A DNA stretch of 64,000 nt from an uncultured Pseudomonadales bacterium (GTDB lineage: Bacteria > Patescibacteriota > Microgenomatia > UBA1400 > UBA1449). The notes under the pieces are model-generated. The model saw only the letters and a program-made list of their open reading frames with translations, did no database searches and had not been told where the DNA came from. This document shows, piece after piece, positions 40,091 to 49,889 of this stretch (positions within the stretch are counted from its first letter, which is position 1; each line of letters opens with the position of its first letter). The stretch spans positions 7,505-71,504 of the forward strand of contig CAYLQQ010000004.1 of assembly GCA_964386355.1 (NCBI GenBank), given 5' to 3'. A program made the translations under genes and the position numbers.

Positions 40091-40648
40091 ATGCATATTA
40101 TGCTTTTTGGAGGCTCGTTTGACCCTCCACACAACGGACACAATCAAATAGCTCATGAAGTTCTTGCAAAAAAAATTGCCAATCAGGTCTGGTTTATCCC
40201 CTGTTACTCTCACCCCTTTTCAAAATCTCTCTCCCCATCTCTCCATAGAGTACAAATGATTAGCTTCCTCACAAATGGGAGTATTTTCGTTGATGATTAT
40301 GAGGTTCAAAAAGAAGGTACAAGTTATAGTTTTGATACGCTTACGTATTTTAAAACAAATAAACCGGAACATACATTCTCATGGCTGATTGGTTCAGACC
40401 AACTAGTTAGTTTCCATAAATGGAAAAACTACAAAGAACTCTTAGGATCAACTAAGGTATACGTGTATCCAAGAGAAGGATTTCCTTTTGACCCACTGTA
40501 TGAAAACATGATTCCACTCATTGATTTTCCACTTATTACTATCTCCTCAACCATGGTGAGAGAGAGAGTAAAAAATGGAAAAGATTTTTCTGGTTTAGTA
40601 CCGAAGGAAGTAGAAGAGTATATTTTTGAAAATGAAATGTATAAATAA
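40091..40648 (+). CDS. nadD: nicotinate-nucleotide adenylyltransferase
   Basis: GGSFDPPHNGH, IGSD, ISSTMVR; next to nadE. Confidence 0.92.
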   Translation: MHIMLFGGSFDPPHNGHNQIAHEVLAKKIANQVWFIPCYSHPFSKSLSPSLHRVQMISFLTNGSIFVDDYEVQKEGTSYSFDTLTYFKTNKPEHTFSWLIGSDQLVSFHKWKNYKELLGSTKVYVYPREGFPFDPLYENMIPLIDFPLITISSTMVRERVKNGKDFSGLVPKEVEEYIFENEMYK

Positions 40649-40697
40649 GCTTAATACTTAATGTTCAATTGAAAGTCAAATCATTTATACTTCCCTT

Positions 40698-41441
40698 ATG
40701 AGTAATGAAATAAACAGAATCACCACTTGGATACAAACTACCCTTCAAAAAACTGGTAAACCTAACATGATTATCGGAGTTTCTGGTGGGATTGATTCAG
40801 CAGTGTCACTAACCCTGTGCGTCAAAGCACTCGGAAGCAATACTGTATTCCCAATCCTGCTTCCATATGGTGACCAGGATATATTAGACAATATGGAAAT
40901 TTGTAGGCATAACCTGATTCCTTCAAAAAATATACAGGTTATCAATATACAAGAAGCAGCTGATAGATTAGTTTCCCAGCTTGGTATTCCAGAGTATGAC
41001 CGAGTCCGAAAAGGGAATATCATGGCACGTCTACGCATGATCATCCTGTTTGACCAAGCTAAAAAATTGGATGCACTCGTTTGTGGAACTGAAAATAAAT
41101 CTGAAAAGTATTTGGGATACTACACCCGCTTTGGTGATGGAGCATCGGATCTAGAACCTATCCAGCATCTGTACAAAACACAAGTCTGGGCATTGGCTAA
41201 GGAGTTTGGAGTTCCTCAACACTTAATAGATAAGGTGCCGACTGCTGGCCTGTGGCAAGACCAAACCGATGAGAAAGAGTTGGGCTTTAGCTATCAGGAA
41301 GCTGATATGGTTTTACGGCAATATATTGATCAAAATAAGAAAGCTAAAGAAATCGAAGGAGTATCAAATGAAATTGTTGAAAAGATAATTAAACAGATTG
41401 AAAGCCAACGGTTTAAGCAAGAAGTGCCCTATCATTTATAA
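40698..41441 (+). CDS. nadE: NH3-dependent NAD+ synthetase
   Basis: GVSGGIDS, GNIMARLRM, GTENKSE, TRFGDG. Confidence 0.95.
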   Translation: MSNEINRITTWIQTTLQKTGKPNMIIGVSGGIDSAVSLTLCVKALGSNTVFPILLPYGDQDILDNMEICRHNLIPSKNIQVINIQEAADRLVSQLGIPEYDRVRKGNIMARLRMIILFDQAKKLDALVCGTENKSEKYLGYYTRFGDGASDLEPIQHLYKTQVWALAKEFGVPQHLIDKVPTAGLWQDQTDEKELGFSYQEADMVLRQYIDQNKKAKEIEGVSNEIVEKIIKQIESQRFKQEVPYHL

Positions 41442-42014
41442 ATCTTTAACAAATAACAAGCTTTGATAATTTTTTATCCCTAACAAATCCATCGGCATAC
41501 TCACGCAGGCTCTACGAAAACCATGTCTGCTGTGAAATAGGAGTGAGGGGCAATTTGTAACAGATCCAAAAACAACAATTGAGAAAATTTTCTGATAGTC
41601 TTGTTTTTTTAACTCTCTAATCGTATGGATTAATAGTCGCGAAGCAATACCCTTTTCTTTTTGGTCGCTTTTAACTGCAATTGTATGTAACACAGTTGAA
41701 CGAGGATCATTGAAATAGTTTTCTTTTAAACCCTCTTCCATCCAAATAATATTGTCAGCTTCTTGAGGAAAATATATTTCTTTATTGATATCAATGAATC
41801 CCAAGACAACGTTACTTTCATCCCATACAAAAAATGAGGTATCGTTTGTTATTCTGCTACCAAATTCATTCTTTGTTTCCAAATCTAAAAGGAAACCTTG
41901 CTTTTGAACAGTTGTGGTATATGTTGGATCACCAGTTTGTGTTGTGTCCAAAATATATGAGCTGTGTATTTGCCAAATTTGATCAATGTCGGATGGTATT
42001 GCTTTTCGTATCAT
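41436..42014 (-). CDS. GNAT acetyltransferase
   Basis: IRKA...IAV..DQKEKGIAS, N.PS..FH..HGF. Confidence 0.8.
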   Translation of the reverse strand: MIRKAIPSDIDQIWQIHSSYILDTTQTGDPTYTTTVQKQGFLLDLETKNEFGSRITNDTSFFVWDESNVVLGFIDINKEIYFPQEADNIIWMEEGLKENYFNDPRSTVLHTIAVKSDQKEKGIASRLLIHTIRELKKQDYQKIFSIVVFGSVTNCPSLLFHSRHGFRRACVSMPMDLLGIKNYQSLLFVKDL

Positions 42015-42055
42015 ATATTATAGATGTTAGCTAAAAGCTGACAGCTATAAGTCTT

Positions 42056-42250
42056 TTACTTCACTTCTTCAAACAATGCACGTCGATATCCCCGCTCTTC
42101 TTTGACAAAAATCCGCCCACACCCGCATTTGATAAGATCAACGCTGTTTCCTTCTACTTTCATGCCCTGACTCAAGGACCTACCACAGCCAACACACTGG
42201 CCGTTTTTGAGAAGCAGTTTCTGGACTGGACCAATCAACTTTTTGAACAT
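42056..42250 (-). CDS. small Zn-ribbon protein; start at ATG 42250
   Basis: CVGCG and CGCGR cysteine pairs. Confidence 0.65.
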   Translation of the reverse strand: MFKKLIGPVQKLLLKNGQCVGCGRSLSQGMKVEGNSVDLIKCGCGRIFVKEERGYRRALFEEVK

Positions 42251-42272
42251 ACCTACTATTATGAACAAATCT

Positions 42273-42656
42273 CTACAAAGAATCCAGATAATTTTGTAAT
42301 ATTAAAGCTGCTGCGGTCTGATGTCCTTTTTTTTGTCTTTGCAATCTTTTTTTACCCGCCTCTACCATTAGCTTCATTGCTTCCTGAGAACTTAGCGTCT
42401 CATCAAAAAGTTCGACTGAAATGCCAGTCCGTATCTTCAGTAACTTTATAAAATCTTTTATCTTCTGAGCCATTTCTCCCTCAGAAATACCAACCACCAC
42501 CACATCAATATTTTCATTTTTACCAATACTAATAATTCTGTCTGCTAATTTTTCATCAGACACATATGCTACCTGTCCATACGGTTCAGCCAGTATCCCG
42601 TCTGATATAGCTAGGCCAACATGAGATAATCCGTAATCAATTGCTAAGTAACGCAT
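42273..42656 (-). CDS. ruvX: YqgF/RuvX pre-16S rRNA nuclease family
   Basis: LAIDYG..HVGLAISD, FDETLSS, AAALILQ. Confidence 0.9.
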   Translation of the reverse strand: MRYLAIDYGLSHVGLAISDGILAEPYGQVAYVSDEKLADRIISIGKNENIDVVVVGISEGEMAQKIKDFIKLLKIRTGISVELFDETLSSQEAMKLMVEAGKKRLQRQKKGHQTAAALILQNYLDSL

Positions 42657-42657
42657 A

Positions 42658-43476
42658 TTATTTTTCTAATACTCCCATTATAACTCCTCTTCTGGAGTAT
42701 GTGCCTGGCGGAACACAGGTTATTAGAGTGATTGTTTGACGATCATATCGTTGCTCTAAAACCTCAACCTGATCGGGCCTCACTTCATGGTACGTTTCGA
42801 CAACGTATCTGTATTCAATTCCATCATACTGTATAAATATCTCATCGCCTTCTTCAAGTGTTGGTAATTTTGAAAAGACGGATATATAGCTTTTTGGATT
42901 ATAAAAGACCGGTAGTACTGAATGTCCAAAAATAACAGGATTTCCATACTGACCAGGTATTGCTGTCCCAGCATAATGGATGAGATGTTTGTCTAGATTT
43001 TTACCTCCAATCTCTACGATCATATCCTTAATATTCAGTTTGGGAATTGAAAGCGTGTAAGTTGTAACTGGAGCAATCCTGTTTAATACAGATGGAGTAG
43101 CTATTGCTTTACTAAACCAGTTTTCAGGTTTTGTATAATCTATCCCATCGACAATTATCGGAGTGGGATTGGGCTCAGCTGCAGCCTGTACTGGAGAAGT
43201 TATGTCAGTTGTACCCAATACTTTAGATTGCGTAGAGATCTGTTTGAGGTTATCAGTCTGCTCATGATTTAGTGGTGAGGTAATTTTTTTCTGTTCCCAC
43301 TTATGTGTAGTTAGCTGGTAGGACAGCATGGGATACCCAACAGAAAGCACTGCAGTTGCCCCAACAACAACAAATGCGTTTGGCATAATGTGAAACATTT
43401 TATGCTTTATGTTTCTCCACCATTTATTTTGCCTATTTTGGGAAACTGGGACTGCCTTGTAGTAATAGTAGACCAT
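42658..43476 (-). CDS. sortase (class D/E-like)
   Basis: N-terminal TM, FGHS, TLITC, downstream Arg. Confidence 0.9.
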   Translation of the reverse strand: MVYYYYKAVPVSQNRQNKWWRNIKHKMFHIMPNAFVVVGATAVLSVGYPMLSYQLTTHKWEQKKITSPLNHEQTDNLKQISTQSKVLGTTDITSPVQAAAEPNPTPIIVDGIDYTKPENWFSKAIATPSVLNRIAPVTTYTLSIPKLNIKDMIVEIGGKNLDKHLIHYAGTAIPGQYGNPVIFGHSVLPVFYNPKSYISVFSKLPTLEEGDEIFIQYDGIEYRYVVETYHEVRPDQVEVLEQRYDRQTITLITCVPPGTYSRRGVIMGVLEK

Positions 43477-43520
43477 ACATGAACTGTCTTTTCTGAGATT
43501 ACATTATCTGTTCTGGATAG

Positions 43521-45914
43521 TTACTGAACTTCCTCAACAATAACCGCAATTCGTTCAGGTTTGCCAGGCATTGTCCCCAGTAGTCCAGGAAGGTTAGGTT
43601 GTATGCTGATACGATGATTATTATAACTCGGCAAGGTGCGCACATACTCGTCAGCCACCTGGGGAGTTTTACCTTTTAATGCCTGTTTTATTTGTCCAAA
43701 GTCTAATTTTGGCATAATTTTTACCTGTGCTTTTACCGATACTTGTATTTGCCGTGGTTTGAGATCTTCTTTGGATTTATTTTTATCTTTTATATTAGTT
43801 TCTTCTTCTATCACTTGTATACCAGTTATTTGGCTCTGCAAACCTGCCGCTGTTACTTGATAATTGCTCGGTATTTGAGTCGCTAATGCTTTTAAAAGAA
43901 TTCTATTAAAGTCGTCTTTGTTTACAGCTAATGCATTCATTTTTATTGACCCTTCGGCTGTGAGGTCTTCGCCCTCATCGCCTGCTTTCTTATCAAAGGT
44001 AATTTCTTCAAGCTCTGTTTCCTGGGTTTTATCTATCACCATAAGATTTCCGCCCAGTTCTTTATTAAGCTTATGAGTAGCTTGTGTTTCCAGACTTTGC
44101 GTCAGCATGTCTTTTGCATTGGTACGGTCGTCTTTTGAAACAGCTTTTTTTTCGCTACTTTCGCCTCCGCTAATTTCTTCATTGTTTTTTGCAGTAAAAT
44201 CATCAGATCCAAAATCTTTGAATCTAAAATCCTTGCCTGCAGCTTGATTATATTCTTCTCCAATATCACCAGCTGCAATTTCTACATCTGACTTGCCAAA
44301 GGTTACAGTTTCTCCGTCTCCTGTTGAGACAGCACTTTTTGAGGCTACTTTTACCTCAGATACCAGCTCGTAACGCAAATTACCCGGACCAACCAAAATA
44401 GTACCTTTCGTAAAGCTTTTTGGTTTGTCAGTTTTATTGAAAATTGTCACTTTCCCCGAAGCTGTTTTGCCTATACGTTTAGTGCCAGTCGTTGGAACAG
44501 TTTGTGAACCGCTTGCAGAAGCCAGGACTTCTTTTGCTGGTAATATAAGATTTAATTCATCTAATCCATCCACAGCTTGCGACACAGTAAATGTTACATC
44601 CTGATTGACTAACTGAGATTTGATGCCAACAATAACCTCTGCTTTGGGCTGGGTTTGATAAGCCCATACACCTGCAGAACCCAAACCTGCTAGCAAAAGC
44701 GCACCACCAGCAAACCACGCCCATATGGGAATTTTGCGACCCGTAGCTTGAAAATTTTCATCATCATTTTCAGATGTGTCACCTAAACTAGGAACCTCAG
44801 ATTTTGACCGAGTTAATGACGTTTGCATTGCAAAAAAATTCTGCTTTAGTTTATCAAAGTTAAAAATATTCTTTTTAGGGGTTAATTGAGTCTTAATGGG
44901 TGTATCATCCGAACTGTTTATTTCAATCTCTTCACGAGGAACTGCAACGCTTGGTACTACAGATAGACTGGTATCTTGTGATGCCTGATCAGCAGAGTCG
45001 ATGTCCATTACTACCTGCTGAGATTCGCTTGGTTCAGTACTAATCCCAATGCCCTTAGAAAATCCCGGAGGTAACTTGTCAGCTGTACTTGGTTCCTCAT
45101 TTGAAATTGAAGTTTCCACGATTGAAGCTTGCGATTGTACTTGCTCAGTTGCTATAGGTACATCTGGATTTGTCTGTTTTACTGCTTCTTTACCTGCAGC
45201 AATGGCAACAGCTTCGACTGTCATATCCCTTGTTAGTGACTCGATCAACGGGGTATGGCTAAATGGCAGCTCCTGCTCCCAACCAACTGCCATCAATTGT
45301 TGGGTAATATCATTAAAATCTATGTATCCATCAAATAAAATTATCCTTGGAGGAAACTGATCCTTGCTCTTTATACGCACCAAGCCTTCCTTGACATCAG
45401 CAACTACATCATTGCTCCTACCAACAGATTCGATAGTACTTACCTTACCAAGCTTTACCAAACATACATCTAACATCTGTTTACGGAAACGTATTAATAT
45501 TGCAGAAGGAGGGGTGCTTTGTTTGATGCGCAGGTATTCAATAAGAGCATCAACAATCATGACAAAACCAATTGGTTTTAGCTGCATCCGTTCGCTTATG
45601 TATTTCAATAAACTTCGTCTGGCCGCAACCACACCATTCTCATCAACCCATTCTGGAGGCAATCCGTACAAAACTTCTTTTGGTTCATCTTCTCCATCAA
45701 TTGTGGCTGTAGCCATAGCCATATCCACAGCCTGCAAATAGTCATCCATTTTCGAACCAGTGACCTGAATAACCTCAGAAGTACGAATGACCGAAATAAC
45801 TCCTTCATCTACTTGCCAAACAGCAACTTTAACTATCTCATCAGAAATTTCTACCGCATAATAGGGGATTACTTTAGTTTTTTTTTCTTTGGTAAAAGGC
45901 AGGTTAAGCAGCAA
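43521..45914 (-). CDS. FtsA/PilM-like N-domain + linker + TM + baseplate-J-like C-domain protein
   Basis: N-terminal AVEISDEIVKVAVW...VLYGLPPEW; central TM; TG.K..G..ASG.VTIFN..., GEEYN, ISGG pattern of baseplate-J-like domains; by-eye only. Confidence 0.6.
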   Translation of the reverse strand: MLLNLPFTKEKKTKVIPYYAVEISDEIVKVAVWQVDEGVISVIRTSEVIQVTGSKMDDYLQAVDMAMATATIDGEDEPKEVLYGLPPEWVDENGVVAARRSLLKYISERMQLKPIGFVMIVDALIEYLRIKQSTPPSAILIRFRKQMLDVCLVKLGKVSTIESVGRSNDVVADVKEGLVRIKSKDQFPPRIILFDGYIDFNDITQQLMAVGWEQELPFSHTPLIESLTRDMTVEAVAIAAGKEAVKQTNPDVPIATEQVQSQASIVETSISNEEPSTADKLPPGFSKGIGISTEPSESQQVVMDIDSADQASQDTSLSVVPSVAVPREEIEINSSDDTPIKTQLTPKKNIFNFDKLKQNFFAMQTSLTRSKSEVPSLGDTSENDDENFQATGRKIPIWAWFAGGALLLAGLGSAGVWAYQTQPKAEVIVGIKSQLVNQDVTFTVSQAVDGLDELNLILPAKEVLASASGSQTVPTTGTKRIGKTASGKVTIFNKTDKPKSFTKGTILVGPGNLRYELVSEVKVASKSAVSTGDGETVTFGKSDVEIAAGDIGEEYNQAAGKDFRFKDFGSDDFTAKNNEEISGGESSEKKAVSKDDRTNAKDMLTQSLETQATHKLNKELGGNLMVIDKTQETELEEITFDKKAGDEGEDLTAEGSIKMNALAVNKDDFNRILLKALATQIPSNYQVTAAGLQSQITGIQVIEEETNIKDKNKSKEDLKPRQIQVSVKAQVKIMPKLDFGQIKQALKGKTPQVADEYVRTLPSYNNHRISIQPNLPGLLGTMPGKPERIAVIVEEVQ

Positions 45915-46098
45915 AAGAGGTTAGGAATGTAGGCATATAGGAATATATGGACAATAAAGGATAGCAATCCTTAATTCGTACCGTGTCCTGCAAAGCTCTG
46001 TATAGCAGAGCAAAGTAAGATATTCCTAAATTCCTAAATTCTTGACCTTATTATGGAACAAAATGGGGGTTATGGCAAGTATAAGAGGTAGATAAAAA

Positions 46099-46497
46099 TT
46101 ACACAAAATATAAGAGAACAAGAAACAGTATTATCATACCTACTATTCCAATTGCAGTAACTAGTACTATTGTTTTCATAAAACTGTGAGCAGAGGAATT
46201 TAAAGTAGTTGAAAAATTGTCCATTACATGAATATATTCAATATTTGGTGAAGTTTTATGATTATTTTTCTGATAGTTGTATCGTAATTTCATACCTTTT
46301 GATTTGATCTTAAATCCAATTGACATACAGTACATTGCTATAGCCATTGGAATCATTATTATGATCGTATCTGTACCCTGAAATAGCTGATAAATGCTTA
46401 ATCCCAGTAAAGATACTGCTAATATTACCGCTAATATAAATCTCACTTTATCTCTTGAGGAAAGAAAGCTGTACTCAGTAGATCGAGTGTCTTTCAT
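46099..46497 (-). CDS. hypothetical membrane protein (3 TM)
   Basis: Three hydrophobic segments. Confidence 0.6.
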   Translation of the reverse strand: MKDTRSTEYSFLSSRDKVRFILAVILAVSLLGLSIYQLFQGTDTIIIMIPMAIAMYCMSIGFKIKSKGMKLRYNYQKNNHKTSPNIEYIHVMDNFSTTLNSSAHSFMKTIVLVTAIGIVGMIILFLVLLYFV

Positions 46498-46521
46498 GTA
46501 TTCGGTATCTACAGGATAGTA

Positions 46522-48381
46522 TTAATTTTGTGCTTTAAATTTTTCCTTATCTAAGAAACCATATACTCTCCTCTTCCCAGCTCCCACCGCTTCCTGTTTG
46601 CCAAGCTCAAACTTACCCAAGACACCCGTTCGTTCTACATGCGGTCCACCACAAATCTCTTTTGAAAAACCCTCTACAGAATACACTTTTACTTTATCTG
46701 CATAGCGCTCCGAAAAAGCTCCGATAGCCACCTTGAGAGCCTCATCTTTATCCATCAGTTCAAAAGAGACAAACAAATCTTTTTGTATCTGCTCATTTAC
46801 GATATCTTCAACACGCTTCATCTGTTCATCAGTTAACTTATCTGGGTAGGTAAAATCAAAGCGCAATCTCTCGGCCGTTATATTTGATCCCACCTGCATA
46901 ATATCATCTCTTCCTAAAACAAGCCTTAGTGCCTGATTTAGTAGGTGAGTTGCAGTATGTAGTTTAGTTATCGCTTCGCTGTGATCAGCCAAGCCTCCTG
47001 CAAACATGCCTTTGCTCGCTGTTCTGGACTGGTCTTTGTGTTTGGTAAACTCCATCTCAAACTGCTCTTTAGATAGTTCAACACCTTTTTTGTGTAAAAT
47101 TTCCTGAGTGATTTCAAATGGAATTCCATCGGTTTGGAACAGGTTAAAGGCGAACGCACCATCAACCGTAGTTAATTCAGTTTTCTCGATCTTAGTAATT
47201 CCCCGTTGCAGCGTTTTGATGAATTTTTCAACCTCCTGAGAAATTACCTGATCTATATGGCTGGTATCTCCGGTAAAATACACTCCTTCGTACAAACCAC
47301 GAACAGCTTGTGAAGCGGCTACAAAAAATGCGGTCGGATCTGTGGTCTCCCCCATGAGCGAATACACTTTTACTGCTGCTCTACGTAGAAGCCTGCGGCA
47401 AATATAACCCTGCTGTTTGTTTGACGGCTCAACGCCCTCAGCAATCATAAAGGTAGCGGCTTTAATGTGGTCAGCAATAATACGCATCATTGGCTTGTAC
47501 TCATCATCATATGGTTTTCCTGTTGCCTCAACCACTTTTTCTATGACAGGATAAAAAATTGATGTTTGGAATATATCCTGTTTGTTCTGCGAAGCCATGA
47601 GTAATCGCTCCAGGCCTCCCCCAAAATCAACATTCTTTTTGGGTAGTGGCTTGAATGAACCATCCTCTAGCTTTTCATACTGCATAAAAACAGAGTTACC
47701 TATCTCCAGGAACCGCCCACAGTCACAATTGACATGGCATGGCTGGTCTTTGAAGGAAGAATCCTCGTGTATTCTATGCTCAGCACCAAAATCATAGAAT
47801 ACCTCACTATCAGGGCCACCAATTTCGCCCTTGGGCATCTTATCGGGTGTGCCAGACCTGGACCACCAATTCTTCTTGGCATCGTACATATAGATCTTAG
47901 TTTCAGGATTAAATTCGTCGCTTCCTAGCTGAGCCGGTTTATTTGTATTAAAAAGCTCCTGCCAAATCTTTATTGACTCCTTATCCCTCTCGACAAACTC
48001 ATTACCGGCGAAGACGGTTACATAAAGTTTATCTGCATTAATACACAGTTTTTGAGTTAAGAATTCATAGAACCAGGACAGCTGCTCTTTTTTAAAATAA
48101 TCACCTAAAGACCAATTGCCAAGCATTTCAAAAAATGTCGTATGCCTGTTGTCGCCTACCTCCTCAATGTCTTCAGCCCGAAATGATGGCTGGGAATCAG
48201 TAATCCTCTCTCCCATCGGATGCGCTTCGCCTTTGAGATAGGGAACGAGCTGCTGCATGCCTGAGCTGGTAAAAAGCGTCGTCGGATCGTTTTCGGGCAC
48301 CAACTTAGCAGGAGCAATGATGGCATGTCCCTTTGATTTGAAAAAGTCGAGATAGGCTTGGCGAAGTTGATTGTGGTTCAT
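46522..48381 (-). CDS. alaS: alanyl-tRNA synthetase lacking the C-Ala domain
   Basis: DPTTLFT, HTTFFEMLGN, GLERL, HTATH and CGGPH editing motifs; 619 aa. Confidence 0.96.
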   Translation of the reverse strand: MNHNQLRQAYLDFFKSKGHAIIAPAKLVPENDPTTLFTSSGMQQLVPYLKGEAHPMGERITDSQPSFRAEDIEEVGDNRHTTFFEMLGNWSLGDYFKKEQLSWFYEFLTQKLCINADKLYVTVFAGNEFVERDKESIKIWQELFNTNKPAQLGSDEFNPETKIYMYDAKKNWWSRSGTPDKMPKGEIGGPDSEVFYDFGAEHRIHEDSSFKDQPCHVNCDCGRFLEIGNSVFMQYEKLEDGSFKPLPKKNVDFGGGLERLLMASQNKQDIFQTSIFYPVIEKVVEATGKPYDDEYKPMMRIIADHIKAATFMIAEGVEPSNKQQGYICRRLLRRAAVKVYSLMGETTDPTAFFVAASQAVRGLYEGVYFTGDTSHIDQVISQEVEKFIKTLQRGITKIEKTELTTVDGAFAFNLFQTDGIPFEITQEILHKKGVELSKEQFEMEFTKHKDQSRTASKGMFAGGLADHSEAITKLHTATHLLNQALRLVLGRDDIMQVGSNITAERLRFDFTYPDKLTDEQMKRVEDIVNEQIQKDLFVSFELMDKDEALKVAIGAFSERYADKVKVYSVEGFSKEICGGPHVERTGVLGKFELGKQEAVGAGKRRVYGFLDKEKFKAQN

Positions 48382-48392
48382 ATTTATTAGTT

Positions 48393-48476
48393 ACCCCCTC
48401 CCTTTCAGCCCCCTTATAAAGGGGGAGAATAACATTTTATACCCCTCCTTACTAAGGAGGGCCGAAGGTGGAGAGG
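48393..48476. repeat. CCCCTCC/GGAGGG palindromic repeats in the alaS leader
   Basis: CCCCCTT-AT-AAAGGGGG and CCCTCCTT-ACT-AAGGAGGG. Confidence 0.6.
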
Positions 48477-48511
48477 TATTTTGAGGCAATTATAACAAAA
48501 AGACCTTGAAG

Positions 48512-48856
48512 CTAAAACTGAGGAAACCTCTTAAAACAAACAGGTTTTGAATATTCGGAACAATACTTCATTGTGCTTGCACCTTTAAAAAATAATAAGC
48601 CTGAACCCCAATTGCATCCATCAAAATAACTTACGCACATTAAGGGCAATGTATGTAAATTTTGTTGTTTGCTATATCTTTTATTAGGGATTTTAGTTTG
48701 AATGTAATAATTAACTTCGCTCCCAATAATTAAAGCAGTCAATGCTAACATAATGATAATTGCAAATTTCCTTGTTCTTTTTATTAAAAATAATAATAGC
48801 CAAAATAGTATTATTGAAAAAGAATATATAATAATTAGAAATGAAAAGTTTGTCAT
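48512..48856 (-). CDS. small membrane protein with Cys-rich C-terminal module
   Basis: Two TMs then C..YFDGCN...TMKYC...PVC. Confidence 0.6.
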   Translation of the reverse strand: MTNFSFLIIIYSFSIILFWLLLFLIKRTRKFAIIIMLALTALIIGSEVNYYIQTKIPNKRYSKQQNLHTLPLMCVSYFDGCNWGSGLLFFKGASTMKYCSEYSKPVCFKRFPQF

Positions 48857-48873
48857 TTATATAGGGAGCTTTA

Positions 48874-49476
48874 TTACTTCTTTAGACTTTTTCCTTTTTT
48901 AAAGAAAAACTTACGTTCAATAGAGGCGGCGGTAGACTTGAGCTGCTGTTCCATTTGTTCGGCTTTGGCCGCAGCCTCAACCATAGACTCCTGAAGTTTG
49001 GCGATCTCTTTTTCAACTTCTTCTTTTTTCTCAGGTAGATCTTCTCGTAAGGTTTCAATTGCTTCGGCAGCTTTGGCCGCTATTTCTGCCGTTTTTTGCT
49101 GGAGAGCTGGAAGTTCCTGTTTAGCTTTTTCTACTGTTTCAGCAGCTGTATCTGAAAGCTGCTCAACACGTTCCTGTAATTGAGGTAATTGTTCTTTTAC
49201 TTTTTCAACTGTTTCTTCTGACTTTTCCTTAATTTGAGAATATGTTTCATGTATTTCGGGAGCATTCTGCTTGAGTTCATCCTCCCATTCGGCCAGATAC
49301 TTTTTGCCTACCTCAACCAACTCGTCTTTAAGCTTCTGTCCTTTTTTAGTACCAAATAAAAAGAAAGCTCCTGCGCCAAGTGCAGCTCCCAGCATAAGAC
49401 CTGCAGAAAATGATCCGTCGTTTGGGGAAGTTGAAATGACCTGCGATTTATGTTTATCACTCATATTAATCTTCAT
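48874..49476 (-). CDS. YtxH-like protein
   Basis: AGLMLGAALGAGAFFLFGTKKG followed by coiled coil. Confidence 0.75.
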   Translation of the reverse strand: MKINMSDKHKSQVISTSPNDGSFSAGLMLGAALGAGAFFLFGTKKGQKLKDELVEVGKKYLAEWEDELKQNAPEIHETYSQIKEKSEETVEKVKEQLPQLQERVEQLSDTAAETVEKAKQELPALQQKTAEIAAKAAEAIETLREDLPEKKEEVEKEIAKLQESMVEAAAKAEQMEQQLKSTAASIERKFFFKKGKSLKK

Positions 49477-49735
49477 TTTTATGCTTTTCCATGATCTTAT
49501 TCAAAAACCGTAAGACTCCGGCACCTTGTTGTAATCCCATCAAAAGACCTGAAAATTTCTCAACCGGTGTGGCTATAGAATGGCTGACTGTTTCGACATC
49601 GTCCATGATACTGTTAACTCGAGTTAACGTTTTTTTAAACTCTTTGAGTATAAAAATGGCTTGAATACCAACAATAGTTAAAAGTAATGTAAGCACTGTT
49701 ACTAAAATAATAATAAGAATTTGCATCGGATCCAT
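49466..49735 (-). CDS. DUF948/YoxC-like small membrane protein
   Basis: TM then LKEFKKTLTRVN..DDV; precedes YtxH-like gene; AAGGAG SD. Confidence 0.7.
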   Translation of the reverse strand: MDPMQILIIILVTVLTLLLTIVGIQAIFILKEFKKTLTRVNSIMDDVETVSHSIATPVEKFSGLLMGLQQGAGVLRFLNKIMEKHKNED

Positions 49736-49889
49736 AAGACTCCTTAAAATAGATATGCTTTGATTGTAAAGATTTATGCTACGTTAGGCAAAGGATAATT
49801 ATTACAGAATTAAAATTTATGATTCAGGAATAATTGGAAAAATCTACTTAAACCCAAAACCCTTACTCTTTCATTCTTTATTTATTTAT

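Noticed and set aside
43521-45914. Prophage or contractile injection system implied by the baseplate-J-like domain
   Set aside because: No sheath, tube, spike or other tail genes nearby; the protein has a TM helix and housekeeping neighbours
48382-48490. T-box riboswitch upstream of alaS
   Set aside because: Leader too short, with no GGTGGNACC T-box consensus on the coding strand
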